DNA of 64,000 bases from Gammaproteobacteria bacterium (GCA_965222155.1 CBDCTH010000012.1:1088001-1152000), one strand, 5' to 3'. Counted from the stretch's first letter, positions 1-10,425 are shown. Notes: generated from the sequence alone by a model not told the origin. Program-made: numbers and translations.

Positions 1-236
1 AAGTGCGCTTTTACTCCAACAATCTTACTGCGTCCTCCTTTGACTTCATCTACTCCTATCAGTATGTACGCAGTTGTCCCGCGCCAAGCATTAGTAAAAG
101 CGAGGATATCCTTGAGTAATTCGCTTTTGGCTTTATCATCGGCCCCTTCAAAAAGGTATTGATCCCGCTTAAAATCCAGTGTAGCCCCTTCCTCCTCGTG
201 GAGTAGTTGCTCAAGGAGATTCTTATCTATAGACAT
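1..236 (-). CDS. Schlafen/AlbA_2-domain protein, N-terminal part (runs off window start; not in ORF track)
   Basis: Manual translation from ATG at 236: MSIDKNLLEQLLHEEEGATLDFKRDQY...ELLKDILAFTNAWRGTTAYILIGVDE. This matches the E..LDFK / D+.AF.N..G.I.IGV.D pattern of AlbA_2. GGAG RBS upstream. Confidence 0.8.
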   Translation of the reverse strand, partial: MSIDKNLLEQLLHEEEGATLDFKRDQYLFEGADDKAKSELLKDILAFTNAWRGTTAYILIGVDEVKGGRSKIVGVKAH

Positions 237-403
237 TACAATAGCTCCGTGTAAACATTTGATAACGCACTCTGTCGTACGTAATTACCATAGCTCGTTT
301 GGTTACAGGTGACACGTCGAATCATCCCTATTTGTTTTCTATGCTTATTTGCACACTCCAAGCATGTGGAGATGACCCAACCCAAAGTTTTTTCTTGCAT
401 GCG

Positions 404-1262
404 TCACATATCATTTCTGGTGACTTCAGCCTCGTCCCACACTCGGGCAATGGAGGCTTGAATCTTTTTTTCGAAGAGTTCGATTAGCTTCTGGTTGGCA
501 GCGACAAATGCCTGCTCTTCCAGTTCCAGGCTGTCTACCAGGAACAGGACACGACGGGCGTTACCGGAGCGCAGTGATAATTTGATGACGGCAGCGGCGG
601 TGAGGGTCTTGCCTGTGTCGGTGGCCATCTCGGATAAGAACCGGTCCTGGCCCTCTTTTACTGCTCTTTGTAGAGTGTGAATAGCGTCCAGTTGGTAATC
701 GCGCAAGAAACGCAGCTTGTTGGTTTGAATGTAGGCAGGCCGTTCGTATTCAATCTTCCATCCGGCCTCGGCTGCGTAATTGGGCCGTTGCGTCAGGACG
801 ATATAGTCTTCACCAATCGGTTCATTGATCAGACGTTGTGGGTCGGGCGTGACTTGCCCGCAGTTTGCCACCGAATCCGGCGTCGGAAACGAGGTGATGA
901 TATGAGGATTCCCGCGTTCCAGGTACCAGAAATAGTGCAGGTTGCCGTTCGACAGTATGATGAATCGGCAGTTTTGTGAGCGGGCATACTTGCGGGTCTG
1001 TTCTTTGCCGACAAGAGGTTCTTTGTTTTCCGACTTGGCCTCCAACACGATGAAAGGGAAACCTTTATCGTCTAAGAGTAGGAAGTCGATATAGCCCTTG
1101 GATGTTTTCTCGAAGTCATTGCCTAGGGCATCAAGATATGATGTCTTGAACATAGCGCCGGATTCGAGGCAGACGTTGGCGGGTTTGCCGTCTTCGGCAA
1201 AGAAACGCCAGCCGGCTTTCAGGTAGCTTGTTAATCTTGATGCGGGCTGTGGCTTCGTTCAT
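404..1262 (-). pseudogene. hsdR: Type I restriction enzyme R subunit remnant, frameshifted and truncated, ending in an M/S-subunit-like C-terminal tail
   Basis: MNEATARIKINKL start at 1262 with a frameshift near 1225. Nuclease motif YIDFLL..VLEAK, Q-motif LRDYQ, degenerate Walker A MATDTGKT and RRVLFLVD are present. The frame then ends in ANQKLIELFEKKIQASIARVW with no DEAH box. Confidence 0.8.
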
Positions 1263-1327
1263 GGGGTTGAGTCGACCTTTTGATAGCTGGTGTTATTTTA
1301 CACATATTAACAGGGAATATTTTTTTG

Positions 1328-1355
1328 ACTGGATTCTGGCATGCGCCAGAATAAC
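1328..1355. repeat. Single arm of REP-like palindrome family A
   Basis: ACTGGATTCTGGCATGCGCCAGAATAAC, matching arms at 6363, 25270 and 32041. Confidence 0.7.
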
Positions 1356-1427
1356 GGATGAGCTTATACTCTCGGTTTTAATATGACTTGTGTAATGGTA
1401 TCCTGTCAGTAGCCTACTGACTGCACA

Positions 1428-3023
1428 GTGACCGTGACCGCCATCTCACCAACCCCGCAACCGACCCTGGATAAAAAGGTTTTCCTGCCTACATTTGTCC
1501 TGGTTATGATCACCGGCGCGTTGCTGGTCCTGAAACCTGAGAGTGCCCAGTTGCTTCTCGGTGACGCGTTGCAGGTAGTTACCGGCTATTTCGGCTGGTT
1601 GTATCTTCTGGTGGGCTTTGGCGCCATCGCGCTACTTACCTGGCTGGCGTTCAGTCGTTACGGGCGGGTAAAATTAGGCGCCCCTGACGACGGCCCCGAA
1701 TTCTCGACGCTAAGCTGGATTGCCATGATGTTTACCGTGGGGATAGGTATCGGCCTTACCAACTGGGCATTTGTCGAACCGATCTTTTATTTCCAATCGC
1801 CCCCGTTCGGAGTCGAGGCGGGTACGCCGGAGGCGGCCGAGTGGGCGCACATGTACGGCCAGTTCCACTGGTCGATAGTGCCCTGGGCAATCTACGCGCT
1901 GCCGGCGTTGCCGATTGCCTATTCCCTGTATGTCCGAAAACAGCCTTTCTGCAGGATCAGTAGCGCAAGCGCCGGCGTGCTCGGCCGGCAGAGCGCCGGT
2001 TGGCTTGGCATAGGAGTCGATGTGATTGTGATTATTGCCATAATCGGCGGTACCGGCACCAGTCTGGGGCTGGGCCTTCCCCTTGTCTCCGCACTTGTCG
2101 CCGAGTGTTTTTCCCTGCCGGATACGCCTATGTTGCAATTCGGCGTCCTGGTGGTGTGGACGGCCATCTTTGCAACAAGCGTTTACATGGGACTGGAGAA
2201 GGGTATCCGTATCCTCGCCGACGTGAACGCAGTGTTCGCTATTCTTTTCCTGATATTCGTGCTGGTTGTCGGTCCGACCGTATTCATCCTGAATATGTCT
2301 GTGAACAGTTTCGGTCTGATGCTGGACAACCTGTTCCGCATGAGTTTCTGGATGGATCCGGTTACAAAAAGCGGCTTCCCTGAGAATTGGACGGTGTTCT
2401 ACTGGGGCTGGTGGATTGCTTATGCACCGATGGTCGGACTGTTCGTGGCGCGCATTTCCAGGGGGCGAACGATCAGGGAGGTCATCATCGGCCAGATGAT
2501 ATGGGGGAGCCTCGGTTGCATGGCCTTTTTTGCAATTGCTGGCGGGTATTCTCTGGATATGGAGATGAGTGGCATTCTGGACATATCCTCGGTGCTGAAC
2601 GATTCAGGTATCCCCGCCGCTGTCGTTGCCATCGTCGGCAGCCTTCCGGGAGGGGCGCTCACGCTGTTCATATTTACTCTCCTGTGCATTATTTTCCTCG
2701 CCACGACGCTGGACTCTGCCGCTTACGTACTGTCCAGTATGAGCACCAGGAACCTGACCGGAGAGGGGCAGCCGGCTCGCTGGAATCGCTTTGCCTGGGC
2801 CTTTGCTCTTGCCATCATAGCGGTCGGGCTGATCGCGGCCGGCGGCTTGAAGACCGTACAGACGTCAACGGTGATTGCCGCATTGCCGTTGATCCCGGTT
2901 CTGGTGATCTTGCAGCTTTCCTTATTCAAATGGCTGCGTAAGGATTTTGGTAATACGCTCCGACCGGCAAATTATGCACTTGAACACCGTCCGGACGGCA
3001 AAACGGAAGTACGCGAGGTTTAA
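1428..3023 (+). CDS. BCCT family betaine/carnitine/choline transporter
   Basis: About 12 TM segments; motifs PEFSTLSWIAMMF.G.GIG, FHW, WTVFYWGWWIAYAP.VGLFVARISRGRTIRE. Confidence 0.93.
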   Translation: MTVTAISPTPQPTLDKKVFLPTFVLVMITGALLVLKPESAQLLLGDALQVVTGYFGWLYLLVGFGAIALLTWLAFSRYGRVKLGAPDDGPEFSTLSWIAMMFTVGIGIGLTNWAFVEPIFYFQSPPFGVEAGTPEAAEWAHMYGQFHWSIVPWAIYALPALPIAYSLYVRKQPFCRISSASAGVLGRQSAGWLGIGVDVIVIIAIIGGTGTSLGLGLPLVSALVAECFSLPDTPMLQFGVLVVWTAIFATSVYMGLEKGIRILADVNAVFAILFLIFVLVVGPTVFILNMSVNSFGLMLDNLFRMSFWMDPVTKSGFPENWTVFYWGWWIAYAPMVGLFVARISRGRTIREVIIGQMIWGSLGCMAFFAIAGGYSLDMEMSGILDISSVLNDSGIPAAVVAIVGSLPGGALTLFIFTLLCIIFLATTLDSAAYVLSSMSTRNLTGEGQPARWNRFAWAFALAIIAVGLIAAGGLKTVQTSTVIAALPLIPVLVILQLSLFKWLRKDFGNTLRPANYALEHRPDGKTEVREV

Positions 3024-3094
3024 TCCGTATTTCCCGCCAGGGGGATGTGGTCAGCGCGTTTCCATGCTATTATTACAATAATTCGGAGGGATTT

Positions 3095-4060
3095 GTGTTA
3101 GCTGCTAAACAACCACTCCATTACGGGTTCCTGCTGGTACCGAATTTTACGCTGATCGCGTTTTCTTCCGCAGTCGAAGCGCTTCGTATGGCAAATTTAA
3201 CCTCGGAGCAGGAGTTGTATCGCTGGTCCGTTTTGACTTTTGATGATGCTCCCGTCTCATCAAGCGCCGCCCTGCAAATCCAGCCCACACTTCCGTTTGA
3301 TCAGGTAAGAAAACTCGACATGTTGTTCATCTGTGCCGGCGTACATGTCAAGGATGCCTGGAATCCGGCGTTAGGCAAGGCATTGCGGCGGCTTGCCTGC
3401 ACCAGTTTACCCCTGGGCGCTTTGTGTACCGGATCATACCTCCTGGCAAAATCCGGTGTGCTTAACGATCATCGTTGCACGATACACTGGGAAAACATAG
3501 GTGGCCTGCGCGAGGAATTTCCCCAGCTGAAAGTGACTGACGAACTTTTTGAGATTGATCGCCGGCGTTATACCTGCGCCGGCGGCACGGCGCCGTTGGA
3601 CCTGATGCTGTTCCTGATACGAAGGGACTACAACCGGGAAATCGCCTCGGCAATTTCCGAGCAGTTCACGGTTGATCGCGTCAGGGAACTGGGTGAGCCC
3701 CAGTATATATCGGTGCGCAGCCAGGCTCCCGGCGCGCCGGATTACCTGAATGAGGCCGTACTGCTCATGCGGAATAATATTCCCGAACCGTTGCTCGTAG
3801 AGGAAATCGCCAAATATCTTAATGTGTCGACACGGCAACTGGAACGTGTGTTTCGGCAATATTTCCACTATTCGCCAAGCCAGTATTACCTGAGGCTGCG
3901 ACTGGTTGCCGCCCGCAATCTGCTGCGCCACACCGGCACGAATGTACGTGGAATAGCAATAGAAACCGGCTTCAAATCCTTGCAGCACTTCAGCAAGTGT
4001 TACCACGAGTATTTCAAAATCAGGCCTAGCCAGGAGCGCGCCAAATATTCCGAGGTATAA
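3095..4060 (+). CDS. GlxA-family AraC regulator with DJ-1/PfpI sensor (CdhR/GbdR-like)
   Basis: GFLLVPNFTLIAFSSAVEALRMAN, LCTGSYLLA, CTIHWE and TCAGGTA motifs; C-terminal AraC HTH (VSTRQLERVF). GTG start at 3095 follows GGAGG (ORF track starts at 3047). Confidence 0.9.
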   Translation: MLAAKQPLHYGFLLVPNFTLIAFSSAVEALRMANLTSEQELYRWSVLTFDDAPVSSSAALQIQPTLPFDQVRKLDMLFICAGVHVKDAWNPALGKALRRLACTSLPLGALCTGSYLLAKSGVLNDHRCTIHWENIGGLREEFPQLKVTDELFEIDRRRYTCAGGTAPLDLMLFLIRRDYNREIASAISEQFTVDRVRELGEPQYISVRSQAPGAPDYLNEAVLLMRNNIPEPLLVEEIAKYLNVSTRQLERVFRQYFHYSPSQYYLRLRLVAARNLLRHTGTNVRGIAIETGFKSLQHFSKCYHEYFKIRPSQERAKYSEV

Positions 4061-4253
4061 ACGATCTGAATTTGACTTGTCCCGGCAAAGAAGAAATACG
4101 GTTCATAATGGTAATGATACTTTACGAATGACGACAGCAGGGGTCATATTCGTATTGCGTAATTGGGTAAATTAGTGTCGCAATTTTCCCGAATTTCATA
4201 GTCATGATGTGGTTCAATAATATGAAACATGACTGGATTCAGGGGGTAAATGA

Positions 4254-5144
4254 ATGAATTTTGAAGTTGCTATCACCTGTGCCGTGACCGGCGCCGGCGA
4301 TACGGTCGGTAAACATCCCGCCATTCCGGTTACTCCGGAACAGATTGCCGCGGCCGCGCTTGATGCAGCCAAGGCCGGGGCGGCCATTGTCCATTGCCAT
4401 GTGCGCGACCCTGAGACGGGCAAGGGAGCGCGTGACGTTGCGCTCTACCGGGAAACGGTCGATCGTATTCGCTCTGCCGAAACCGACGTGGCGATCAACC
4501 TTACTGCGGGTATGGGTGGAGATCTCGTCATCGGCCCTGATCATGACCCGACGCGATTTGGAGTCGACACCGATCTTGTCGGCGCCCGCGAACGCCTGCC
4601 TCATGTGGAGGAACTGTTGCCGGAAATCTGCTCCCTGGATTGCGGTTCACTCAACTTCGGCGACGGCAGTCTTGTTTACGTATCCACACCTGACATGCTG
4701 CGCCGCGGCGCAAAGCGCATCCGGGAACTGGGCGTCAAACCGGAACTGGAAATTTTCGATACGGGCAACCTGAGTTTTGCGCTGCAAATGCTCAGGGAAG
4801 ATTTGCTGGAGCCCCCGCCGTTGTTTCAACTCTGTCACGGCATTCCCTGGGGCGCGCCGGCGGATGTGGGCGTTTTCAAATCCCTGGTCGACCAATTGCC
4901 GCCCGGCGCCAACTGGACTGCCTTTGCCCTGGGCCGCTACCAGATGGCCTTTGTCGCACAGGCCGCCATACTCGGCGGCAATGTGCGGGTTGGCCTGGAG
5001 GATAATCTCTACCTGGAGAGAGGGGTATTCGCTACTAATGCGCAACTGGTGGAGCGGGCGCGCAAGATCATTGAACTGATGGGCGCCCGCGTGCTGGGAC
5101 CCGACGAAGTGCGGGAGAGATTCGGTCTGGTCAAACGTGCCTGA
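4254..5144 (+). CDS. cdhC: 3-keto-5-aminohexanoate cleavage (BKACE) family enzyme, probable 3-dehydrocarnitine cleavage enzyme
   Basis: [42 protein letters not shown]; adjacent to carnitine dehydrogenase. Confidence 0.88.
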   Translation: MNFEVAITCAVTGAGDTVGKHPAIPVTPEQIAAAALDAAKAGAAIVHCHVRDPETGKGARDVALYRETVDRIRSAETDVAINLTAGMGGDLVIGPDHDPTRFGVDTDLVGARERLPHVEELLPEICSLDCGSLNFGDGSLVYVSTPDMLRRGAKRIRELGVKPELEIFDTGNLSFALQMLREDLLEPPPLFQLCHGIPWGAPADVGVFKSLVDQLPPGANWTAFALGRYQMAFVAQAAILGGNVRVGLEDNLYLERGVFATNAQLVERARKIIELMGARVLGPDEVRERFGLVKRA

Positions 5145-5210
5145 AGGAATTCCGACTAGCACCGGAATTCGGGGCGGGCATCCGCCGATATGACAAAAGG
5201 GGAAGAGCCG

Positions 5211-6194
5211 ATGACGAGGGATATCAAAACCGTCGCTGTTATCGGTACCGGCGTTATCGGCGCCGGTTGGGCGGCGCGGGTACTGGCGCACGGACTGGAT
5301 GTGATCGCCTGGGACCCCGGTACGGACTGGCAGGACAAACTGAGCGCCGCGCTGGAGAACGCCTGGCCGGCGTTATGCAAACTTGGTCTTTACCCCGGTG
5401 CGAGTCTGGAACGGCTGCGTTATGCCGGCTCGCTGGACGAGGCCTGTACAGTTGCCGATTTCATCCAGGAAAGCGCCCCCGAGCGGCTGGATTTGAAGCG
5501 CAGACTGCATGCCCGAATAGACGCAAGTGCTCCTGTCGAGGTCATCATCGCCTCCAGCACATCGGGGTTGTTGCCTTCTGATTTCCAGGCTGACTGCCGC
5601 CGGCCAGAACGGGTCATCGTCGCACATCCCTTTAACCCGGTGTACCTGCTGCCGTTGGTGGAAGTACTGGGCGGCAGTAAGACTGCGGATAAGAATATCG
5701 ACCGCGCCATGGAGTTTTACACCGACATGGGTATGCACCCGTTGCGAGTGCGCAGCGAAATCGAAGGCTTCCTCTCGGACCGCTTGCAGGAGGCCCTATG
5801 GCGGGAAATCCTGCACCTGGTCAACGATGACGTGGCTAACACCGAGGAACTGGACGCAGCAATCACCTACGGCCCCGGTCTGCGCTGGGCCTTTATGGGG
5901 ACTTGCCTGGCTTTCCATATGGCAGGCGGCGATGCGGGCCTGCGTGATTTTATGAAACAGTTCGGCCCGGCACTGAAATTGCCCTGGACAAAACTGGAAG
6001 CCCCCGAGCTGACCGATGAATTGATCGACAAGATGACTACCGGGACCCGGCAACAGGCTGCGGGCCGGACAGTGAAGGAACTGGAACAATTACGCGATGA
6101 TTGCCTGATCGACATTATGCGGGCGCTATCCCGTTACCAGGTCGGCGCCGGTAATGTACTCACCCGGGATGAAGCACGCCGAGAACAGATGTAA
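5211..6194 (+). CDS. cdhA: L-carnitine dehydrogenase (3-hydroxyacyl-CoA dehydrogenase family)
   Basis: GTGVIGAGWAAR Rossmann motif, IQESAPE, SSTSGLLPS, HPFNPVYLLPLVE, GPGLRWAFMG. No fused thioesterase domain. Alternative start at 5190. Confidence 0.9.
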   Translation: MTRDIKTVAVIGTGVIGAGWAARVLAHGLDVIAWDPGTDWQDKLSAALENAWPALCKLGLYPGASLERLRYAGSLDEACTVADFIQESAPERLDLKRRLHARIDASAPVEVIIASSTSGLLPSDFQADCRRPERVIVAHPFNPVYLLPLVEVLGGSKTADKNIDRAMEFYTDMGMHPLRVRSEIEGFLSDRLQEALWREILHLVNDDVANTEELDAAITYGPGLRWAFMGTCLAFHMAGGDAGLRDFMKQFGPALKLPWTKLEAPELTDELIDKMTTGTRQQAAGRTVKELEQLRDDCLIDIMRALSRYQVGAGNVLTRDEARREQM

Positions 6195-6243
6195 CTGAAA
6201 GTGTACCCATACTACCCACCGTCATTCTTGCTCAGCCCGGCGC

Positions 6244-6390
6244 GTCATTCTGGCGAATGCCAGAATCCAGTCATATAACTTTCCTTATTGTATAAGCCTG
6301 CCCCGTGCTTACGACATGCAGGGGCAAGCTCTGGAAGGATATAATCCAGGGACGATTATTCTACTGGATTCCGGCATTCGCCGGAATGAC
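6244..6390. repeat. REP-like doublet (family A inverted arms) with nested small hairpin, between convergent genes
   Basis: GTCATTCTGGCGAATGCCAGAATCCAGT (6244-6271) and ACTGGATTCCGGCATTCGCCGGAATGAC (6363-6390). Confidence 0.85.
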
Positions 6391-6405
6391 GGCAGGAACA
6401 GTTGG

Positions 6406-7200
6406 TTAACGTCCTTTCCAGATCGGTTTGCGCTTTTCTGCGAAGGCGCGGGTGCCTTCCTGCAGGTCCTCGCTGTCATACAGCGCGTTAACGGATGGAA
6501 TACCCTTGTTGTTCAGTAGGTTAAGCGCTTCCTGTTGCTTGAGGTTTTCGGTCATGCGTACAGTCTCCTTGGTGGCGGCGAAGACCAGCGGCGGGCCCTC
6601 AGCGAGGAGTTGGGCGACTTCACGTACACGGTTCATCAGTTCTCCCGCCGGCACCACCACATTGACGAGTCCCCAGCGCGCGGCTTCTTCGGCCTCCATC
6701 CAGCGTCCCGTCAACAGCAGGTCCATGGCAATGTGGAAGGGTATGCGGCGCGGCAGTTTTACGCTGGCGGCATCGGCGAGCACGCCGACGTTGATCTCAG
6801 GCAACGCAAAACGGGCGTGTTCGGCCGCGTAGATTAAATCACAGGAAATGGCCAGTTCAAAACCGCCTCCAACCGCCATGCCGTTGACCGCGGCGATGAC
6901 GGGCTTGTTGAGTCCGGGCAGTTCCTGCAGTCCGCCGAATCCGCCGACGCCGTAGTCCGTGTCCGGCGGCTCGCCCGCCGCCGCAACTTTCAGATCCCAT
7001 CCTGCACAGAAAAAACGTTCACCTGCTGCCGTCAGGATCGCGACGCGCAGTTCCGGGTCATCACGAAATCCGGCAAACACGTCGCCCATGAGCTGGCTGG
7101 TGGGGCCGTCAATGGCATTCGCCTTGGGCCGGTCCAGGGTGACTTCGAGAATGGCGCCGTTGCGCCTGGTGTGAATAGGATTACCTGTTGTATTTGTCAT
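6406..7200 (-). CDS. caiD: Crotonobetainyl/carnitinyl-CoA dehydratase (crotonase family)
   Basis: LDRPKANAID, FFCAGWDLK, DYGVGGFGGL, AVNGMAVGGGFELA, FALPE; carnitine-cluster context. Confidence 0.85.
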   Translation of the reverse strand: MTNTTGNPIHTRRNGAILEVTLDRPKANAIDGPTSQLMGDVFAGFRDDPELRVAILTAAGERFFCAGWDLKVAAAGEPPDTDYGVGGFGGLQELPGLNKPVIAAVNGMAVGGGFELAISCDLIYAAEHARFALPEINVGVLADAASVKLPRRIPFHIAMDLLLTGRWMEAEEAARWGLVNVVVPAGELMNRVREVAQLLAEGPPLVFAATKETVRMTENLKQQEALNLLNNKGIPSVNALYDSEDLQEGTRAFAEKRKPIWKGR

Positions 7201-7230
7201 CGCTCATTTCATTCAGTTAAACTACATTAC

Positions 7231-8391
7231 TCAAACGCCCCGCGCCCGGAGCAGGTCACGGGCGATGATATGGCGCTGAATTTCGCTGGTGCCGTCCCAG
7301 ATTCGCTCAACCCGGGCGTCGCGCCAGAAACGTTCTATGGGCAGATCATCCATCAGACCCATCCCGCCGAATATCTGTACCGCCTCGTCGGTCACCCGGC
7401 CCAGCATTTCCGAGGCATAGAGTTTGGCCTGTGCGATATGGCGCCCGGCGTCGAGTTTCCTGTCAAGACGCCAGGCCGCGGCAAGCGTCAGCCAGTCCGC
7501 TGCGTCGATCCAGGTAGCCATATCGGCAAGCTTGAAGGAAACGCCCTGAAACTTGCCGATGGGCTGACCGAACTGGCGGCGGTTGGCGGCCCAGTCCGCA
7601 CAGAGATCGAAGCAACGCCGCGCCCGGCCCACGCACATGGCGGCGACGCTGAGGCGGGTTGCGGCGAGCCAGGTATTGGCCAGGTCAAAGCCGCTGCCTT
7701 CCTCGCCGAGCACCTGGGAAGCCGGCACGCGGCAGTCGTCGAAAGTCAGGATGCTATTGTGGTAGCCGCGGTGGGAGACGGAATTGTAACCGGGACGTAT
7801 CTCGAATCCGGGAGTGCCCCTATCAATAAGGAAACAGGTGATACGTTTCTTCGGGCCTTGCGGCGTGTCATCCTCTCCCGTTAGCGCAAACGTGATCACA
7901 AAATCGGCGACGTCTGCATGGCTGATAAAATGCTTTGTGCCGTTTATGATGTAATCTCCACCGTCGCGCCGGGCAAAGGTCTTCATCCCTTTCACATCGG
8001 AGCCGGCGTCGGGTTCGCTCATGGCCAGGGCGTCGATCTTCTCGCCGCGCACGCAGGGAAGCAGGTAACGCCGGCGCTGTTCGTCAGTGCCGGAACAGAG
8101 AATATTGGAGGGTCTGCCCCAGAACACCGACAGCGCCATGGAGGCGCGGCCGAGTTCACGCTCAAGCAGGGTGAAGGTCAGGGCATCCAGACCGCCGCCG
8201 CCGAATTCCTCCGGGATATTCGGCGCGTAGAAGCCGAGATCAAGGACCTTGTCCTGTATCTCGCGGCCTACTGTCCCGGGCACCAGTCCGGTGCGGTCGA
8301 CTTCGTCTTCAAGGGGATAAAACTCCCTCTCGACAAAGTGCCGTACGGTATCCACCACCAGCTGTTGTTCATGACTCAATCCGAATTCCAT
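7231..8391 (-). CDS. Acyl-CoA dehydrogenase, probable gamma-butyrobetainyl-CoA dehydrogenase
   Basis: ALAMSEPDAGSD, INGTKHFIS, RRQFGQPI, QIFGGMG, RIWDGTSEIQR. ATG at 8391 after GAGG. Substrate inferred from context. Confidence 0.85.
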   Translation of the reverse strand: MEFGLSHEQQLVVDTVRHFVEREFYPLEDEVDRTGLVPGTVGREIQDKVLDLGFYAPNIPEEFGGGGLDALTFTLLERELGRASMALSVFWGRPSNILCSGTDEQRRRYLLPCVRGEKIDALAMSEPDAGSDVKGMKTFARRDGGDYIINGTKHFISHADVADFVITFALTGEDDTPQGPKKRITCFLIDRGTPGFEIRPGYNSVSHRGYHNSILTFDDCRVPASQVLGEEGSGFDLANTWLAATRLSVAAMCVGRARRCFDLCADWAANRRQFGQPIGKFQGVSFKLADMATWIDAADWLTLAAAWRLDRKLDAGRHIAQAKLYASEMLGRVTDEAVQIFGGMGLMDDLPIERFWRDARVERIWDGTSEIQRHIIARDLLRARGV

Positions 8392-8528
8392 TGCCACCTC
8401 ATAAACTTATTTCATGTCCTGCATTACAGGAACGGGTTACTCTTATTTTTATTTCTGGAAATTATTCCATTTTGAAAGTGTAATATAGAAGAATCAGAGA
8501 CAACAGTTCAGTTAGATTTAAAGAACAA

Positions 8529-8556
8529 ACGACACGACTTTATGCGAAGGCGACAC
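8529..8556 (-). promoter_or_regulatory. Candidate AraC-type direct-repeat operator (GTGTCGC...GTGTCGT, 21 bp spacing)
   Basis: Two GTGTCG(C/T) on the minus strand 21 bp apart, upstream of the acyl-CoA dehydrogenase; similar boxes at 4175 and 19912/19933. Confidence 0.35.
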
Positions 8557-8701
8557 TGTCAAATCAACCCGGATCCGGCACACTCCAATTATGCTCTAAA
8601 ATTCACTCGGGGTTCGAGCAGCGCTGCCGTCCGGTTGACATTTCCTTCGATAATTTACTGGCGAGGTAATGAGATGCAGGATCAAAAAGACTGGTTAAAA
8701 T

Positions 8702-9385
8702 GTGATAGTGATAATCTCGCATAAACATCGATTTATTTTCTTCGCCGTTCCCAGGACGGCGACACATGCTATTCGCCAGGCCCTCAGGCTGCACCTGGCT
8801 GAAGACGATTGGGAGCAGCAGGCGCTGTTCGGTAAACAGGGCATACCGGTTCCGGGGATCGCCGCCATCGGGCATGGGCATGTTTCTTTTCAACAGATCA
8901 GGGCATGTTTGCCGGCGGAAATCATGTCTTCTTATTTCAAGTTCGGCTTTGTCAGGAATCCTTTTGACCGGTTTGTTTCCACCTGTTTTTTCTTGAATCG
9001 TCGCAACGACAGGTTTGCCGGAAATGAGGTCGAATTCATGCGCCGGGCCATCAGCAATGAACGGTTTCGACAGCGAGTCCTGGCAAGACCTCAATACCGC
9101 TTGCTTACGGATGAAAATGATCAGCTGATGATGGACTATGTAGGACAGTATGAGACTTTGCAAGAATCATTCGATGAGGTCTGTCGCCAAATCGGCCTTG
9201 CGCCGGCAGGATTAAGTCGCAAGAATGCGTCCCGGCACCAGCGTTACGAATGTTATTATGACGCTTTCCTTAAGGAATCGGTTGTGAAATATTACCGGAA
9301 GGATTTCCAGTTATTCGGTTATGATGCAGGAAAGATTGCCGCCGATCCGTTGATAACTCAGGAGTATACGCCGGATACGCCATGA
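8702..9385 (+). CDS. Sulfotransferase family 2 (Sulfotransfer_2) protein
   Basis: IISHKHRFIFFAVPRTATHAIR (5'-PSB-like loop), FGFVRNPFDRFVS (3'-PB), Y.KDFQLFGY tail. Confidence 0.8.
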   Translation: MIVIISHKHRFIFFAVPRTATHAIRQALRLHLAEDDWEQQALFGKQGIPVPGIAAIGHGHVSFQQIRACLPAEIMSSYFKFGFVRNPFDRFVSTCFFLNRRNDRFAGNEVEFMRRAISNERFRQRVLARPQYRLLTDENDQLMMDYVGQYETLQESFDEVCRQIGLAPAGLSRKNASRHQRYECYYDAFLKESVVKYYRKDFQLFGYDAGKIAADPLITQEYTPDTP

Positions 9386-10368
9386 AACTCGCAAAGCCCT
9401 TTATCCGTCTTCCCCTGGCCTTTGACGCCGAACGCCTGGCGCAGGAAGCAGCACAACTGGAACAAGCTGCCTGGAGACCGCACCCGTTGGGATTAAAGGG
9501 TAATTCGGCAATTGCCCTCATTTCCCGGGCCGGTGGGGACAACGATGAATTCGGCGGACGCATGGCGGCCACCCCCCACCTTGATCAATGTCCTTACCAC
9601 CAGCAGGTCATGGCGAGTTTCGGTGAGGTGCTGGCGCGCTCCCGGCTCATGAAACTGGATGCTGGCTGCGAGGTGCAATACCACGTCGATTTCAATTACC
9701 ACTGGTATACCCGGGTACGCATACACATACCGATCAGTACGAACCCCGGGGTCGTATTTTATTGTGGCGCCGAAAAAATCCACATGCGTGAGGGCGAATG
9801 CTGGATCTTCGATAACTGGCGCCGGCACAACGTCGTCAACGACAGTGAGTATGAGCGCACCCACCTGGTGATAGACCTGTCCGGTTCAGCGCGTTTCTGG
9901 AAGATGGTAAGGCAGGCGCTGCAAGCCGATCCCGCTGAGGACGTAGCAGGCGCCAACATGCAGTTTAAATTCGTGCCGTATGAGCCGGACAAGCAGGTGA
10001 ACATCCTTACCGAGAATTACAATATTTCACCGGTCATGGCGCCGGGGGAAATCGATGCACTGGTAGCTGATCTGGTCCGTGAATTCGAGGATCACCCTGC
10101 TAACGACCCTGAACTGGTTGAACGGTACAAACTGTTATTAACCGACTTTGCCAGCGACTGGCGGGAAATCTGGCACCGATACGGTGTAAGCAAACAGGGA
10201 TTACCCCATTACCGGCGCCTGATAGACCGGGTAAAAAGTGAATTACACCCGAATCGGCGAGCCCTGCTCATCACGTCTAACGATATCGGCGTGAATCCCG
10301 TCATCGTACAACGTATACTGCGCGCGGCCCTGGCGGTCGATCTTTATGACGAATTCGTCGGAAAATAG
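9382..10368 (+). CDS. Aspartyl/asparaginyl beta-hydroxylase-like Fe(II)/2OG dioxygenase
   Basis: RSRLMKL, HVDFNYHW (HxD), RIHIPI, WIFDNWRRHNVVN, RTHLVID; ATGA overlap with the upstream gene. Confidence 0.82.
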   Translation: MKLAKPFIRLPLAFDAERLAQEAAQLEQAAWRPHPLGLKGNSAIALISRAGGDNDEFGGRMAATPHLDQCPYHQQVMASFGEVLARSRLMKLDAGCEVQYHVDFNYHWYTRVRIHIPISTNPGVVFYCGAEKIHMREGECWIFDNWRRHNVVNDSEYERTHLVIDLSGSARFWKMVRQALQADPAEDVAGANMQFKFVPYEPDKQVNILTENYNISPVMAPGEIDALVADLVREFEDHPANDPELVERYKLLLTDFASDWREIWHRYGVSKQGLPHYRRLIDRVKSELHPNRRALLITSNDIGVNPVIVQRILRAALAVDLYDEFVGK

Positions 10369-10397
10369 GGGACAGGTTACGCCGTTTCTACTCTTCC

Positions 10398-10425
10398 GTC
10401 ATACCGGCGAATGCCGGTATCCAGT
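10398..10425. repeat. REP-like family A arm
   Basis: GTCATACCGGCGAATGCCGGTATCCAGT. Confidence 0.75.

Noticed and set aside
299-487. 62 aa plus-strand ORF
   Set aside because: Overlaps the hsdR remnant on the opposite strand; TTG start and no recognisable motif.
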